Positions 51,101 to 61,455 are shown, counted from the stretch's first letter. The stretch is DNA of 64,000 nucleotides from Gammaproteobacteria bacterium (GCA_965215365.1 CBDCDS010000003.1:1632001-1696000), one strand, 5' to 3'. Notes: a model not told the origin generated them from the sequence alone. Numbers and translations: made by a program.

Positions 51101-54100
51101 CCGGCCTTTACTAACTCGACTATCGTCTTTAACAACGATGCGGACAATTCTCTGGGGCTCGGTGCCGGGACCGACGCCCCGTACACCGAAACTGCCGCCG
51201 GCAAGCAGGTGCTGTTCGCCCCGACCCCGGCCCGTTACCTGCGACTATGGTCACAGGGCAATACCGTCAACGATGCCAACCACTTAGTGGAAGTGGAAGT
51301 CTATGGCGCCGGTCACGGCACGGCAGCCGCCACGCTCAGCGCCTCGAGCACCGCGCCCGGGGATCTCCGCGCGGCGATAGACGGCCACCCCGACACCGCC
51401 ATCGATCTCGGCACCGGCCCACAGTACTTACAGCTTGACTTAGGCACCCCTCGGCAGGTGAACAGCTTAGTCGTGCTGCGCGAGGGGGACTTGCGCGCCT
51501 ACCGCAACGTGGTCTATCAGTTATCGAACGACGCCGACTTCGCCGACACAGTGACCACGGTGTTTCACAACGACTATGACGCGGTGCACGGCTTGGGCCT
51601 CAAAGAGCCGTCCCAAGGCGAGTATGCCGAGACGCCCAACGGCCACTATGTGCGCTTTGCACCCCGCCCGGCGCGCTATGTGCGCCTGTATTCCAACGGC
51701 TCAGACCGCGACCGCCACAACCGCTATCACGAAGTACTGGTGGGCACTGAGCATGCGACCCGGTTGCCCACACCGACGCCGGCCTGGGCACCGGCCGAAT
51801 CAGCGCCGGCCGACAACACGGCGCGGGCTGACAACGCAGCGCAGCAGGGCGCCCCGCCCGGCGCCCCAATCCCCGGCCCGGCGGCGCGCGGCGGTGGCGG
51901 ACTGGGCGCGCGGGCGTTGCCGACGGCGCGCCAGACTGCCCTGGAACTGTCGATTAACAACGTGGCAGTGACGGAGGGGGCCACGGCGTATTTTACGGTG
52001 ACCCTGTCGAAGGCGCACACCGCTGACGTCACGGTACAGGCGGCCACCTCGGACGGCACCGCCACGGCAGGCAGCGACTACACGGCGAAGACGGCCACAC
52101 TGACTATTGACGCCGGCGCTACCAGCGCCACCTTTGCGGTAGCGACGACTGCCGACAGCATTGCGGAGTCCAGCGAGACGATCAAAGTCACCCTGTCCAA
52201 CTCCAGCGGCGGCGCTACCATCAAGTCTGGCGCTGGTGTAGGCACGGCCACCCTGTACGATGGTGGGGGCGGGTTCGTCAATGATAATGACAGTGCTGTC
52301 AGCTATGAGAATGGCAGTAACGGAACAGGCGTGGCATGGTTCTATGGCGCTCGCCACGGGGGAGACTTCAACAGCTACGATAATGACGGCTACGTCACCT
52401 CCAGACCGGGTGCTTATTTTGAATATACGTTTACCGGCACCGGCGTGGATTTTATCTCGGAGACTAACAAAGACCACGGCGAGGTTGACCTCTATATCGA
52501 CGGCGCCAAGGTGGCGCGCGTGTCGTTGAACAGTGCGACCCGTGTCGGCAAGGTGCTGGCCTACAGTGTGCGCGGGTTGAGTCTTGGGGAGCACACCATC
52601 AAGGGTGTGAAGGTGGGCAGTGGCACTCCCAGCAATTATTTAGTGGTCGATGGCTTTTTTGTGTACGCCCCCTTAGACTTCGTCACCTGGCACTTGCCTC
52701 GTGAGCTGCGGTATATGAAGGGTGAAGCGATATTGGCCCCGACCCGGCTGCCGCGGGTCGATGGCGGCACGGGGACGGTGACTTATGCCTTAACACCGAC
52801 GCTGCCGACGGGCCTGCAATGGGACCCCAAGGAACGCACGATTTCAGGTACGCCCACCGCAGATAAGGCGCGCGCGCAATACACCATGACGGCGACCGAT
52901 GCGGCCAGTCGCACTGCCACTTATACCTTCCACCTGACGGTGTCCGCCACGGACAACAAGCCCACCTTCGGCAACAAGACGCAAGACGACCTGCTGCTGA
53001 AGAAGGAAGCGGCCATGACCACCGTCACGCTGCCGGCGGCGACCGACGGCGATGGGTCTTTGACCTATCAGTTGTTGCCGTTGAAGTGGACGAACATCGG
53101 CGGCGATTACGTGCCGCAGCCGGCTAATACGCCGTTGGATTACACCGGGGTGGCGAACCTGCCGGCGGGGCTGAGCTTTGATATCGACGCGCGGGAGCTA
53201 TCGGGGACCCCCACTGAGAAGTGGACGCGCGGCCAGTACACGCTGGTGGCTACGGATGCCGATGGCGACACGGCGGCGCTCAGCTTCCACTTAGGGGTAG
53301 TCGATACGTTAACCCCGGCGACCCCCTCCAGCGTCCTGAAGATGTGGACGGCCGATGCGCTCACGCGCATCAATGACGATGCGACCGGTCCGAACTCGCC
53401 GTCGACCCGCATTGATTTACATGCGGTGCGCAATGAGTATGAAAGCGGGCAGGTGGTGTTGCGCAGCAATGCGGACTTGACCATTACCGAGGTGGCGTTT
53501 ACGGATCTGACCAGTGGCAGCAACACGATTGCCAAGTCTCACCTTAACTACCATTTTGCCGAATACCATGTGCCGGTCATGCCGACGCACCCCAATATCA
53601 CAGGGGAGAAGCACCGCCCGATTTATCCGTATTTCAAACGCAGACCTGATCCGTTGTCGAACGCCCGCTCTATCGTGGTGCCGGCGAATGTGACGCAGCC
53701 GATTTTTGTGAAGGTGTATGTGCCGAAGGGTCAGGCGGCGGGGACCTACACTGGCACGGTGACGGTGAAGGTCAACACGGCGCAGGGCAACGATACCAAG
53801 ACCGTGTCTTTGAGCGTGAAGGTTTATGCGGTGGAGATTCCCGATGCCAAGGACAGTGGGCACTTGCAGTATAACTGGGCGAACACCAACATTTATTCGA
53901 TAGAGAACACCAGTGATTTCGGCTTTGAGTACTACGGGATTGCCAAGTACTCCGATGAGTGGTGGGAGTTGATGGGCAATATGGCGGACACGATGGTGGC
54001 GCATCGCCAGAACGTGGCCCTGCTGTGGACGGTGAGCCAGCTTCGTGACGGCGGCACCAAGGTCAACGCCGACGGCACGTATGATTGGAATTGGGGCTTA

Positions 54101-57100
54101 GTGGATGAGTTCGTTGATCTCTACCACAGTCGCGGCATCACTCATTTCGGCGGCGGTCATCTGGCGCGTCACTGGAAAGGGCAGCCGGGGACTTACGCGT
54201 ATGGCCGGGCCAACGGGCTGGTGCTGCTGACCCGTGATAGCGTCAGCGGCGAGACGCTCGTCGACAGAGGGGACATTTCCACGTCGCTGAGCAATGAGAA
54301 CAGCCATCCCACCAGCCGGAACTGGTTAAATGCCTACCTGGCGGCGCTCAATACTCACCTTAAAAGTAAGACCTTACCAGGCGGCACGAAGTTATTCGAC
54401 CGCTGGTATCAACATGTCTGGGATGAGGCGTCCACGTCCAGCCAGTGGGCGTATCTGGCCGATAAAATTGAGCAGCACGCGCCCGGCTTGGAGACCATCG
54501 ACGCATTGGCTCGCGAAACGACGTTTAACGGCCTTAAAACCGCGGCCAACGTGGGCAAGGTCAAGAACTGGGTGCCCCTGCTCGATGCTGTTTACAAGGA
54601 AGACACAAAGGCTTTTTTCAGGGGTCAACGGCAGGCTGGCAAAAAGGTATTCGCTTATGTCGTCGGCACGATTCCCAAGGCGCCCGACGAGCTCAATCGA
54701 GAGTTGGGCAACCATTTGCTGGCGATGACGATGATGTCCTGGTATCTGAACCGGGAGCAATTAGACGGCTACCTGCACTGGGCGTTGAACGCGTGGAGCT
54801 ACGGGTTTCACAGGGGTGACACCACCATCACCTACCCGGATGTAGCCGGCAGGACTTTGAAGTCGTCGTTGCGCTATGAGTCCGAGCGCGGCGGACTGGA
54901 GGACTGGGAGCTGCTAACGCTACTGCGTGACAGCAATGATGCCAAGGCCGATGAGCTCATCGCAGAAGTGCTGCCAGCGACCGGGCTGGGCTATACCCAG
55001 GATGTGTCGCTGTACCGCAGCGTGCGTACCGAGTTGCTGGGGGCCCTCACCGGCGCACCGGGGAGATTTACGGCGACGCCAGGCGACGGGCAGGTGACGC
55101 TCACCTGGGCTGATCTTTCTGACGACACCATTACCCAATACCAGTATCGTCAGGGCGCCGGCACCCCCGTCACTTGGGGCGATTGGGCGGGCGTTCCCAA
55201 CAGCTCGGCCACCACCACCTCGCACACGGTGACGAAACTGACCAACGGCACGGCCTACAGCTTTGAAGTGCGCGCCGTGAGGGGGGCGACGCCCGGCCCG
55301 GCCTCGGCTGTCGTGAGCGCCACCCCCGGCGCCCTGCCGGAGCTGTCCATTAACAACGCAGCAGTGACGGAAGGGGGCACGGCATATTTTACGGTGACCC
55401 TGTCGAAGGCGCGCACCGCCAATGTCACGGTACAGGCCGCCACCTCGGCCGGCCCGGCCACGGCGGGCAGCGACTATACGGCCAAGACGGCGACATTAAC
55501 CATTGCGACCGGCAGCACCAGCGCCACCTTTGCGGTATCGACGACTGCCGACAGCATTGCGGAGTCCAGCGAGACGTTCAAAGTCACTCTGAGCAAGCCC
55601 AACGGTGGCGCCACCATCAAGTCCGGCGCCGGGGTAGGCACGGCCACCTTGTACGATGGCGGCGGCAGCGTGTTTGTCAATGATAATGACAGCGCCGTTA
55701 ACTACGAGAATGGCGGCAGCTCAAGCGGTGTTAAATGGACGGACGATACTGGTCGTAACACAAGCGCCTTTAACAACTACAATAAAGACGCCTACGTCAC
55801 CAACAGGCCGGGCGCTTATTTTGAATACATGTTTACCGGCACCGGCGTGGATTTTATCTCTGAGTCCCACGCTGGCCACGGTGAGGTTGACATCTATATC
55901 GACGACGCCAAGGTGGCGCGCGTGTCGCTGTACAATGCCACTCGCGTCGGTAAGGTGCTGGCCTACAGTGTGCGCGGGTTGAGTCTTGGGGAGCACACCA
56001 TCAAGGGCGTGAATGTGGACAGTGGCACTCCCAGCAATTATTTAGTGGTCGATGGCTTTTTTGTGTACGCCCCCTTAGACTTCGTCACCTGGCACTTGCC
56101 TCGTGAGCTGCGGTATATGAAGGGTGAAGCGATATTGGCCCCGACCCGGCTGCCGCGGGTCGATGGCGGCACGGGGACGGTGACTTATGCCTTAACACCG
56201 ACGCTGCCGACGGGCCTGCAATGGGACCCCAAGGAACGCACGATTTCAGGCACCCCCACCGCAGATAAGGCGCGCACGCAATACACCATGACGGCGACCG
56301 ATGCGGCCAGTCGCACTGCCACTTATACCTTCCACCTGACGGTCGCCGCCGCCGACAAAAAGCCCACCTTCGGCAGTAAGACGCAGGCCGACCTGCTGCT
56401 GAAAAGAGGCACGGCCATGTCTACCGTCACACTACCGGAAGCCACCGACGGCGATGGCACGCTGACCTATCAGTTATTGCCGTTGAAGTGGAGTAACATG
56501 GGCTACAACCAGGGGGTACGAGAGAACAACCAACCCTTGGACTACGCCGGGGTGGCCAACCTGCCGGCGGGTGTGAGCTTCAATGCCACCACCCGCGTCC
56601 TCTCGGGCACGCCCACGGCGAACTGGACACGCGCGCTCTATACCTTAGTCGCCACAGACACCGATGGCGACACGGCAGCGCTGAACTTCCATGTGGCAGT
56701 AGTGACCGCACTGACCCCGGCCACCGGCTCGAGCACCCTGGAGGTATGGACGGATGATGCGCTGAGCCATGTCAACCGCGATGCCACCAAGCCCAATTCC
56801 CCGTCGACGGACATTGATTTACATGCGGCGCGCAATGAATATGAGAGCGGCCAGATAGTGCTGCGCAGCGATGCGGATTTGACCATCACCGAGGTGGCGT
56901 TTGACGACCTCACCGATGGCAGCAACACGATTGCTAAGACCCACCTTGACTACCGGTTTGTAGAATACCACGTGCCGGTGATGCCGACCCGGACGACCCA
57001 GCTGCTCTACCCGGCCAATAATCGCCCTGATCCGTTGTCCAATGCCCGCTCGATTGTGGTGCCGGCGAACGTCACCCAACCCATCTTAGTGACGGCGTAT

Positions 57101-60100
57101 GTCCCCAAGGGGCAGGCGGCGGGGACTTATACCGGCACGGCGACGGTGAAGGTCAAGACGGCCCAGGGGAACGACACCAAGGAGGTGCCCTTGAGCGTTA
57201 AGGTCTATGCGGTGCAGATTCCCGATGCCAAGGACAGCGAGTTCTTACAGTACAACTGGACGGAGACAAACATGTACTCTATCCGCAATGAAGAGGACAT
57301 GGGGCGCTCGTACTACGGGATTGACAAGTACTCCGATGACTGGTGGGGCTTAATGGGCAACATGGCCGATACCATGTCCAAGCATCGTCAGAACATGACC
57401 ATTGCCTGGACGGTGGCACTGCTGCGCGACGGCGGCACTAAGGCCAAGGCCGATGGCACGTATGAGTGGCAATGGGGGCTGTTCGATAAGTTCATCGACA
57501 CTTATAACCAGCGCGGCATGACCCACTTCGGCGGCGGGCATTTGTCGTTGCACTGGACCGGGCAGCCCGGGAGTTACAATATCCAGCATGCCCTCCAAGT
57601 GGCGCGCCTTGCGCCCGATGCGAACGGTGAGACACGCATCGCCGGCGCCCTGGTGCCGACCTCGACGAGCAATGCCGACGACGAGCGCACGGTGGCCCGG
57701 GATTGGCTCAATGCTTATCTGACGGCGCTGAATACCCATATTAAGGCCAAGACCTTGATGGATGGCGTCACCACCCTGCGCAGCCGCTGGTTTCAGCATC
57801 TCGGCGATGAGCCGCACAAGGACGAGCATGTCCAACAATGGGGCTATATGGCGGACACGCTCAAGGTCAAGGTGCCGCAAGTGCGCAACTTAGATGCGAC
57901 GCATGATGGCACAGCAAAACTCTTGCAGGATGCTTACAAGCCAAAAGTGACGGCCTGGAGTCCTTATCTCGACGACTTTGACCGGCGCAAAGACTTATTT
58001 GCCCAACAGCAACAGGCCACCAAGCCGGTGTTTGTCTACGTGATGCTGATTCCCCGTGAACAGGAGGACTATAACCGCCTGTTCGCCAACCACCTGGTAT
58101 CGACTTCCACGCTGTATTGGTATTACTTCCGCCATAATGTGGACGGCAATTTGCACTGGGCGCTGAACGTGTGGTCCATCGGGCCGGATGGCCGCTCTAA
58201 AGGCGATACCCACATTGTCTATCCGGACATCGGCGGGCGCACGCTGCGCTCATCGCTGCGCTATGAAGCCGAGCGTGGCGGGCTGGAGGACTTGGAACTG
58301 TTGAAGCTGTACAAAGCGACCTCTGCCAGCGCCGCCAACACACTGGCTGAGAAGCTCACCACCACGACCCGCACCAACCACAACAAGGATGTGTCAACGT
58401 ACCGCACCGTGCGTACCGAGTTGCTGGAGGCTGTAGCGCCGCCCCCCGTCGCCGCCGTCACCATCGCCGCTACCGACACCACCGTCACCGAAGGCGATAC
58501 CAGCGCCACGGCGACCTTCACGGTAGTACTGGACGCCGGGCCGTCCGCCGATGTCACCGTCACCGTCACCGCACCCACTGGCTTAGAGCTCGACGGCCCG
58601 GACAGCGCCACCACCTTCACCTCCAGCGAGGCGCTGACCTTCACCGACAGCACCTGGAGCACCGCCCAGACCGTCACCGTGCGCGCCCCCGACGACAGCA
58701 CCGACAGTCCCAGTCAACCGGAACTGACCGTCACCTACGCCACCACCTCGACCGACAGCGACTACAGTGGCCTGACCGGCGATGCCGCCACCGTCACCGT
58801 CACGGATAATGACGCCACCGAGGTCACCTTAGCCGGTAGCGCCGGGGATGTCACCGAGGGCAACACCAAGGAGTTCACCGTCACTCTGGGTCGCGGTCTG
58901 GTCAATGGCGAGACGCTGGCCGTACCGATGACCTTCGGCGGTGATGCGACGCAGGGCACGGACTACACGACGGCGTGCGAGTCACCGCTTCCGACCGGGG
59001 TAACCTGCGCGAACCTGGACATCGGCAACGCGGCGGTGACCTTTACCGGTGCGAGCGGGCGCACGACGGCGAAGACGGTGACGCTGACCTTAACAGCGAC
59101 CCCCGACAACACCGCGGAGGTCGGTGGAGAGAGTGTGACCATTGGGTTAGGCACGCTTAACGCCCGCTCTGGCACCGGTCTCAATGGCGGCGCTTCGGGC
59201 ACCGACAGTCTGGCTGACTTTGACATCATCGATCCAGACACCACCGCGCCGACGGTTGAGATCACCGGCGTGCCTGAGAAAATTAACGCCCGTGACCCGT
59301 TCACGGTGACCTTTACCTTCTCTGAAGCCGTCACTGGCTTTGCTGCCGATGACATCAGTGTCACCAACAACGCCAACAAAGGCACGTTCACGGAGACCAG
59401 TGCCACGGTCTATACCCTCACGGTCACGCCCACCGCCGATGCTGATGTGAAAGTCACAGCGCGCGCCAATACCGCCACCGATGGCGTGAACACCGGCCCG
59501 GCCAACGCCGTGAGCGACACCGCCATCTGGGATGCCAGTGTCCCGACCGTGACCATCACCGGCGTGCCTGCTGAGATTCTTAACCGTGACCCGTTCACGG
59601 TGACGTTCACCTTCTCCGAAGACGTCACCGGCTTTGCTGCCGACGATGTCAGCGTCACCAACGGGGATAAGAGTGCATTCGCCGGCAGTGGCGCCAGTTA
59701 CACTCTCGCCGTCACCCCCAACGCCAACGCCGATGTGACCGTCGGGGTCGCCGCCAATGCCGCCAGTGACGGTATTAACACCGGCCCGGTCTCAATGGTG
59801 GCCCAGACCGCCGAGTGGGATGTGGATGTGTCGTTCTCCACGAACGCCGCCAGCATCACCGAAGCCAACGGCGCCGAGGTGTCCCTCACCGTGCGCCTGA
59901 CCTCGGCGCGCGCGGCTGCCACGGTGGTGTATATTCAATACCAGGATATCACCGCCACACGCGCCGGCAATGCCGACTACACCGGTAGCCCGACCTCGAT
60001 CACCCTCCCCGCCGGGGACACCCGCGCCACGCTGACCATCCCCATTACCAACGATGATGCCACCGAGTCCACCGAGACCTTCTTAGTGCGCCTGCTCGAT

Positions 60101-60586
60101 ACGCAACTGCCGACCGGTGTCACCTTGGGCAGCCCGCGCGAGGTGACCGTGACCATCACCATCACCGATGATGACGCCCCACCGGCAGCACCGGGTGCGC
60201 CCACCGGCTTGACCGCCACCGCCGGCGATAGGCAAGTGGTGCTCGCCTGGACGGATCCGTCCAACGCCGACATCACCGCTTGGGAAGTACGCCAGGGCAG
60301 TGGCAGCCCGCTGAGCTGGGGTAGCTGGACGGAAATTGCCAGCAGCACGGCCACGACCACGACGCACACCGTCACCGGCCTGACCAACGGCACGGCTTAC
60401 AGCTTTGAGCTGCGCGCCAAAGCCGGCACGGTCATCTCTGCTCACGCTGCCCGTAGTGGCGCTGGCGCACGAGCCGTTATGGGTGCCGGTCACCCCCGCC
60501 GGCGTCAGCCCGTGCGAGCTGCCCCGGGCGCACTGCCCGCTCTCGTTGCGGCGTATCCACAGGCACCTCAGCGCAGCAGTACTTGA
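48131..60586 (+). CDS. Giant secreted multidomain glycoside hydrolase/adhesin: two GH123 (DUF4091)-like modules, discoidin, Calx-beta, He_PIG Ig, Big and FN3 domains; C-terminus truncated
   Basis: Hydrophobic leader. Duplicated RNEYESGQ...W/G-DE...LHWALN.W...GDT.I.YPD...SSLRYE.ERGGLED.ELL; Calx-beta (VTEG.TAYFTVTLS, DGTATAGSDY); FN3 (GDGQVTLTW, LTNGTAYSFE); PFTVTFTFSE Big repeats. Confidence 0.88.
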   Translation: MSMIRMMYRTAGFAHRPALAGLLLSVGVVLAVSGLLRAGPVATPGARLTAGDLTVSMDETGLITGLTAPSGRDYHVNEPPTALLSLIVEDKPTDLPSAGTAAHYRPLRWRFTPGTPQLGETARGTYTFDFAEHLSVTVAFVEKPGYATLAVTALHNPAGKDVRHILWGPLSTSITESVGETVGVVRGRDFAMGLFGTNAKTLGGWARAYPATGLKSLAAGEDTAGDVRTVAQDFATAAAVRTVPGSILQAHTQDYTQGRMVEVAPTGGQEGRRRWVPALTGEFATAGQLVGSQVALFGVAGTDAAGVTHASRREALYAKVLARIGAIEVGEGMPHPQLDKVWAKQALRANAPYLLLEDLDSHNLDTALRWANELGWDTVAKDACWGVFARGGDFPISDAFGGSDNALRSVIERAQSRHTTLGVDIRSNWLPAPYATTHLGGLAAAQHATLAAPVTATATTLTVAPLPGGDLQPGFATTGYVVIGTELMGYTETTPVAENLVLSGLTRGVDATLAQGHAADAPVKRVIRKTQCGEYLAGLTLMRGRVAERLIEVLDLGLGGVSLSGAEALAADGYGALAANLVMDKIYRALAGHDNLITELSVLTPYTWHVNTRAGAVNQDRRILSSGLAAPQVSYPWGAQVSARRNYLARPMLGRWHIPDANGWRWALGKAAALDAGLAYVGRVRDAARHDAPLRREIRHWRYAALAGAFDAPNRLVMQEQGAYFKLDRVSHTGSIGPTWKLSDWAPLGAAGGQRRNSRYLAPQLRGFPTANLARDAEVTVSGALAPEFDGAHALDGFTVTGHDGGAGEWALAAGAREKWIELTWETPRRVREIILFDRASPQQNVRAGSLTLTRADGTTTTQRVDALPLTGGAKRIALSDQALVKARFTLHATQGAAPGLAEFAVLGPAPVYQVSNLATGAVVSGVAAGQGARITDGVIAPGAEPAATLTGAFAQLDLGGLHYIGGLTVWHAFGDGRRYQDVVFELADNPAFTNSTIVFNNDADNSLGLGAGTDAPYTETAAGKQVLFAPTPARYLRLWSQGNTVNDANHLVEVEVYGAGHGTAAATLSASSTAPGDLRAAIDGHPDTAIDLGTGPQYLQLDLGTPRQVNSLVVLREGDLRAYRNVVYQLSNDADFADTVTTVFHNDYDAVHGLGLKEPSQGEYAETPNGHYVRFAPRPARYVRLYSNGSDRDRHNRYHEVLVGTEHATRLPTPTPAWAPAESAPADNTARADNAAQQGAPPGAPIPGPAARGGGGLGARALPTARQTALELSINNVAVTEGATAYFTVTLSKAHTADVTVQAATSDGTATAGSDYTAKTATLTIDAGATSATFAVATTADSIAESSETIKVTLSNSSGGATIKSGAGVGTATLYDGGGGFVNDNDSAVSYENGSNGTGVAWFYGARHGGDFNSYDNDGYVTSRPGAYFEYTFTGTGVDFISETNKDHGEVDLYIDGAKVARVSLNSATRVGKVLAYSVRGLSLGEHTIKGVKVGSGTPSNYLVVDGFFVYAPLDFVTWHLPRELRYMKGEAILAPTRLPRVDGGTGTVTYALTPTLPTGLQWDPKERTISGTPTADKARAQYTMTATDAASRTATYTFHLTVSATDNKPTFGNKTQDDLLLKKEAAMTTVTLPAATDGDGSLTYQLLPLKWTNIGGDYVPQPANTPLDYTGVANLPAGLSFDIDARELSGTPTEKWTRGQYTLVATDADGDTAALSFHLGVVDTLTPATPSSVLKMWTADALTRINDDATGPNSPSTRIDLHAVRNEYESGQVVLRSNADLTITEVAFTDLTSGSNTIAKSHLNYHFAEYHVPVMPTHPNITGEKHRPIYPYFKRRPDPLSNARSIVVPANVTQPIFVKVYVPKGQAAGTYTGTVTVKVNTAQGNDTKTVSLSVKVYAVEIPDAKDSGHLQYNWANTNIYSIENTSDFGFEYYGIAKYSDEWWELMGNMADTMVAHRQNVALLWTVSQLRDGGTKVNADGTYDWNWGLVDEFVDLYHSRGITHFGGGHLARHWKGQPGTYAYGRANGLVLLTRDSVSGETLVDRGDISTSLSNENSHPTSRNWLNAYLAALNTHLKSKTLPGGTKLFDRWYQHVWDEASTSSQWAYLADKIEQHAPGLETIDALARETTFNGLKTAANVGKVKNWVPLLDAVYKEDTKAFFRGQRQAGKKVFAYVVGTIPKAPDELNRELGNHLLAMTMMSWYLNREQLDGYLHWALNAWSYGFHRGDTTITYPDVAGRTLKSSLRYESERGGLEDWELLTLLRDSNDAKADELIAEVLPATGLGYTQDVSLYRSVRTELLGALTGAPGRFTATPGDGQVTLTWADLSDDTITQYQYRQGAGTPVTWGDWAGVPNSSATTTSHTVTKLTNGTAYSFEVRAVRGATPGPASAVVSATPGALPELSINNAAVTEGGTAYFTVTLSKARTANVTVQAATSAGPATAGSDYTAKTATLTIATGSTSATFAVSTTADSIAESSETFKVTLSKPNGGATIKSGAGVGTATLYDGGGSVFVNDNDSAVNYENGGSSSGVKWTDDTGRNTSAFNNYNKDAYVTNRPGAYFEYMFTGTGVDFISESHAGHGEVDIYIDDAKVARVSLYNATRVGKVLAYSVRGLSLGEHTIKGVNVDSGTPSNYLVVDGFFVYAPLDFVTWHLPRELRYMKGEAILAPTRLPRVDGGTGTVTYALTPTLPTGLQWDPKERTISGTPTADKARTQYTMTATDAASRTATYTFHLTVAAADKKPTFGSKTQADLLLKRGTAMSTVTLPEATDGDGTLTYQLLPLKWSNMGYNQGVRENNQPLDYAGVANLPAGVSFNATTRVLSGTPTANWTRALYTLVATDTDGDTAALNFHVAVVTALTPATGSSTLEVWTDDALSHVNRDATKPNSPSTDIDLHAARNEYESGQIVLRSDADLTITEVAFDDLTDGSNTIAKTHLDYRFVEYHVPVMPTRTTQLLYPANNRPDPLSNARSIVVPANVTQPILVTAYVPKGQAAGTYTGTATVKVKTAQGNDTKEVPLSVKVYAVQIPDAKDSEFLQYNWTETNMYSIRNEEDMGRSYYGIDKYSDDWWGLMGNMADTMSKHRQNMTIAWTVALLRDGGTKAKADGTYEWQWGLFDKFIDTYNQRGMTHFGGGHLSLHWTGQPGSYNIQHALQVARLAPDANGETRIAGALVPTSTSNADDERTVARDWLNAYLTALNTHIKAKTLMDGVTTLRSRWFQHLGDEPHKDEHVQQWGYMADTLKVKVPQVRNLDATHDGTAKLLQDAYKPKVTAWSPYLDDFDRRKDLFAQQQQATKPVFVYVMLIPREQEDYNRLFANHLVSTSTLYWYYFRHNVDGNLHWALNVWSIGPDGRSKGDTHIVYPDIGGRTLRSSLRYEAERGGLEDLELLKLYKATSASAANTLAEKLTTTTRTNHNKDVSTYRTVRTELLEAVAPPPVAAVTIAATDTTVTEGDTSATATFTVVLDAGPSADVTVTVTAPTGLELDGPDSATTFTSSEALTFTDSTWSTAQTVTVRAPDDSTDSPSQPELTVTYATTSTDSDYSGLTGDAATVTVTDNDATEVTLAGSAGDVTEGNTKEFTVTLGRGLVNGETLAVPMTFGGDATQGTDYTTACESPLPTGVTCANLDIGNAAVTFTGASGRTTAKTVTLTLTATPDNTAEVGGESVTIGLGTLNARSGTGLNGGASGTDSLADFDIIDPDTTAPTVEITGVPEKINARDPFTVTFTFSEAVTGFAADDISVTNNANKGTFTETSATVYTLTVTPTADADVKVTARANTATDGVNTGPANAVSDTAIWDASVPTVTITGVPAEILNRDPFTVTFTFSEDVTGFAADDVSVTNGDKSAFAGSGASYTLAVTPNANADVTVGVAANAASDGINTGPVSMVAQTAEWDVDVSFSTNAASITEANGAEVSLTVRLTSARAAATVVYIQYQDITATRAGNADYTGSPTSITLPAGDTRATLTIPITNDDATESTETFLVRLLDTQLPTGVTLGSPREVTVTITITDDDAPPAAPGAPTGLTATAGDRQVVLAWTDPSNADITAWEVRQGSGSPLSWGSWTEIASSTATTTTHTVTGLTNGTAYSFELRAKAGTVISAHAARSGAGARAVMGAGHPRRRQPVRAAPGALPALVAAYPQAPQRSST
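51940..58430 (+). repeat. Internal ~3.4-kb tandem duplication within the giant gene
   Basis: About 51940-55050 and 55340-58430 are collinear (offset 3402 at 52561/55963). About 52550-52940 is nearly identical to about 55950-56340. Confidence 0.9.
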
Positions 60587-60745
60587 GACCGATCAGGCGG
60601 CGCTGGATTACTGGCAGCGGCGCCTGCGCATCTGGTACAGCTTTAACCCCGACTACCGCCACCACCTGCATCCGCACCGCTAGACCGCCCTGTCTTATTC
60701 GTTGTTCTTCCCATGGCGCCCAAGGCCGTCCCGACGGCGCCGCCG

Positions 60746-61455
60746 ATATGGTACAGCTGGGCTCGCCGCACCGGATGAGGACTATCTACCGTACCAACAT
60801 CGAGGTCGGCGTGGCACACGGGCGCTATCGCCGTCAGGTCGATAACGCCCAAAATCGCCCGTACTGGAAGTACGAGGCCATCATGGACGCCGCCACCCGA
60901 CCCGCCCACGCCGCCATGCACGGCAAAGTGTTCCGGGCCGACGATCCGATCTGGAAAACCCACTACCCGCCGAACGGATTCGGCCGCCGCTGCTCGGTTA
61001 TGGCATTGACCGAACAGGAAATGGAAAAAGAAGGACTGAGCGTCTCGGACAGCGCCGGACACCTGCGCCCGGTCGAGCAGCAGGCTGGAGTCAACCAACG
61101 CACCGGTGAGGTCGTCACCGTGCGCGGCACACAGTACCGGTTCACCGGCACCGATGGGCAGGCACGAGTGATGATCCCGGACCCGGGCTGGAACTACAAC
61201 CCCGGCTATGCGGGCGGCGCCACCACCCGGCGCCTGCCTAAGAAGATAACGCCACAACAGACCTTAGCCGACGAGCTGGGCAAGATCAGTGTCCCCAAAC
61301 TGGAAGGGGCGCCGCCGGCTATCGCCCGCGCGCAGGTGCAGGACTTGTTACAGGCACCGCGATTCGACGCCGCAGTACAGGCGCGCACCGTCGGCAACTG
61401 GCCGATGGCGGACATCTCCACGGGCTCCCCGGCACAATCCGCTATGGATAGCTAG
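60746..61455 (+). pseudogene. Mu-like prophage head morphogenesis protein (gpF) fragment
   Basis: QLGSPHRMRTIYRTN, RPYWKY.AIMD.ATRPAH, HYPPNGFGRRCSV (usual CRC altered) and PDPGWNYNPG; N-terminus missing. Confidence 0.85.

Noticed and set aside
51940-58430. Diversity-generating retroelement template/variable repeat pair
   Set aside because: No reverse transcriptase is present and the differences between copies are not confined to adenines.
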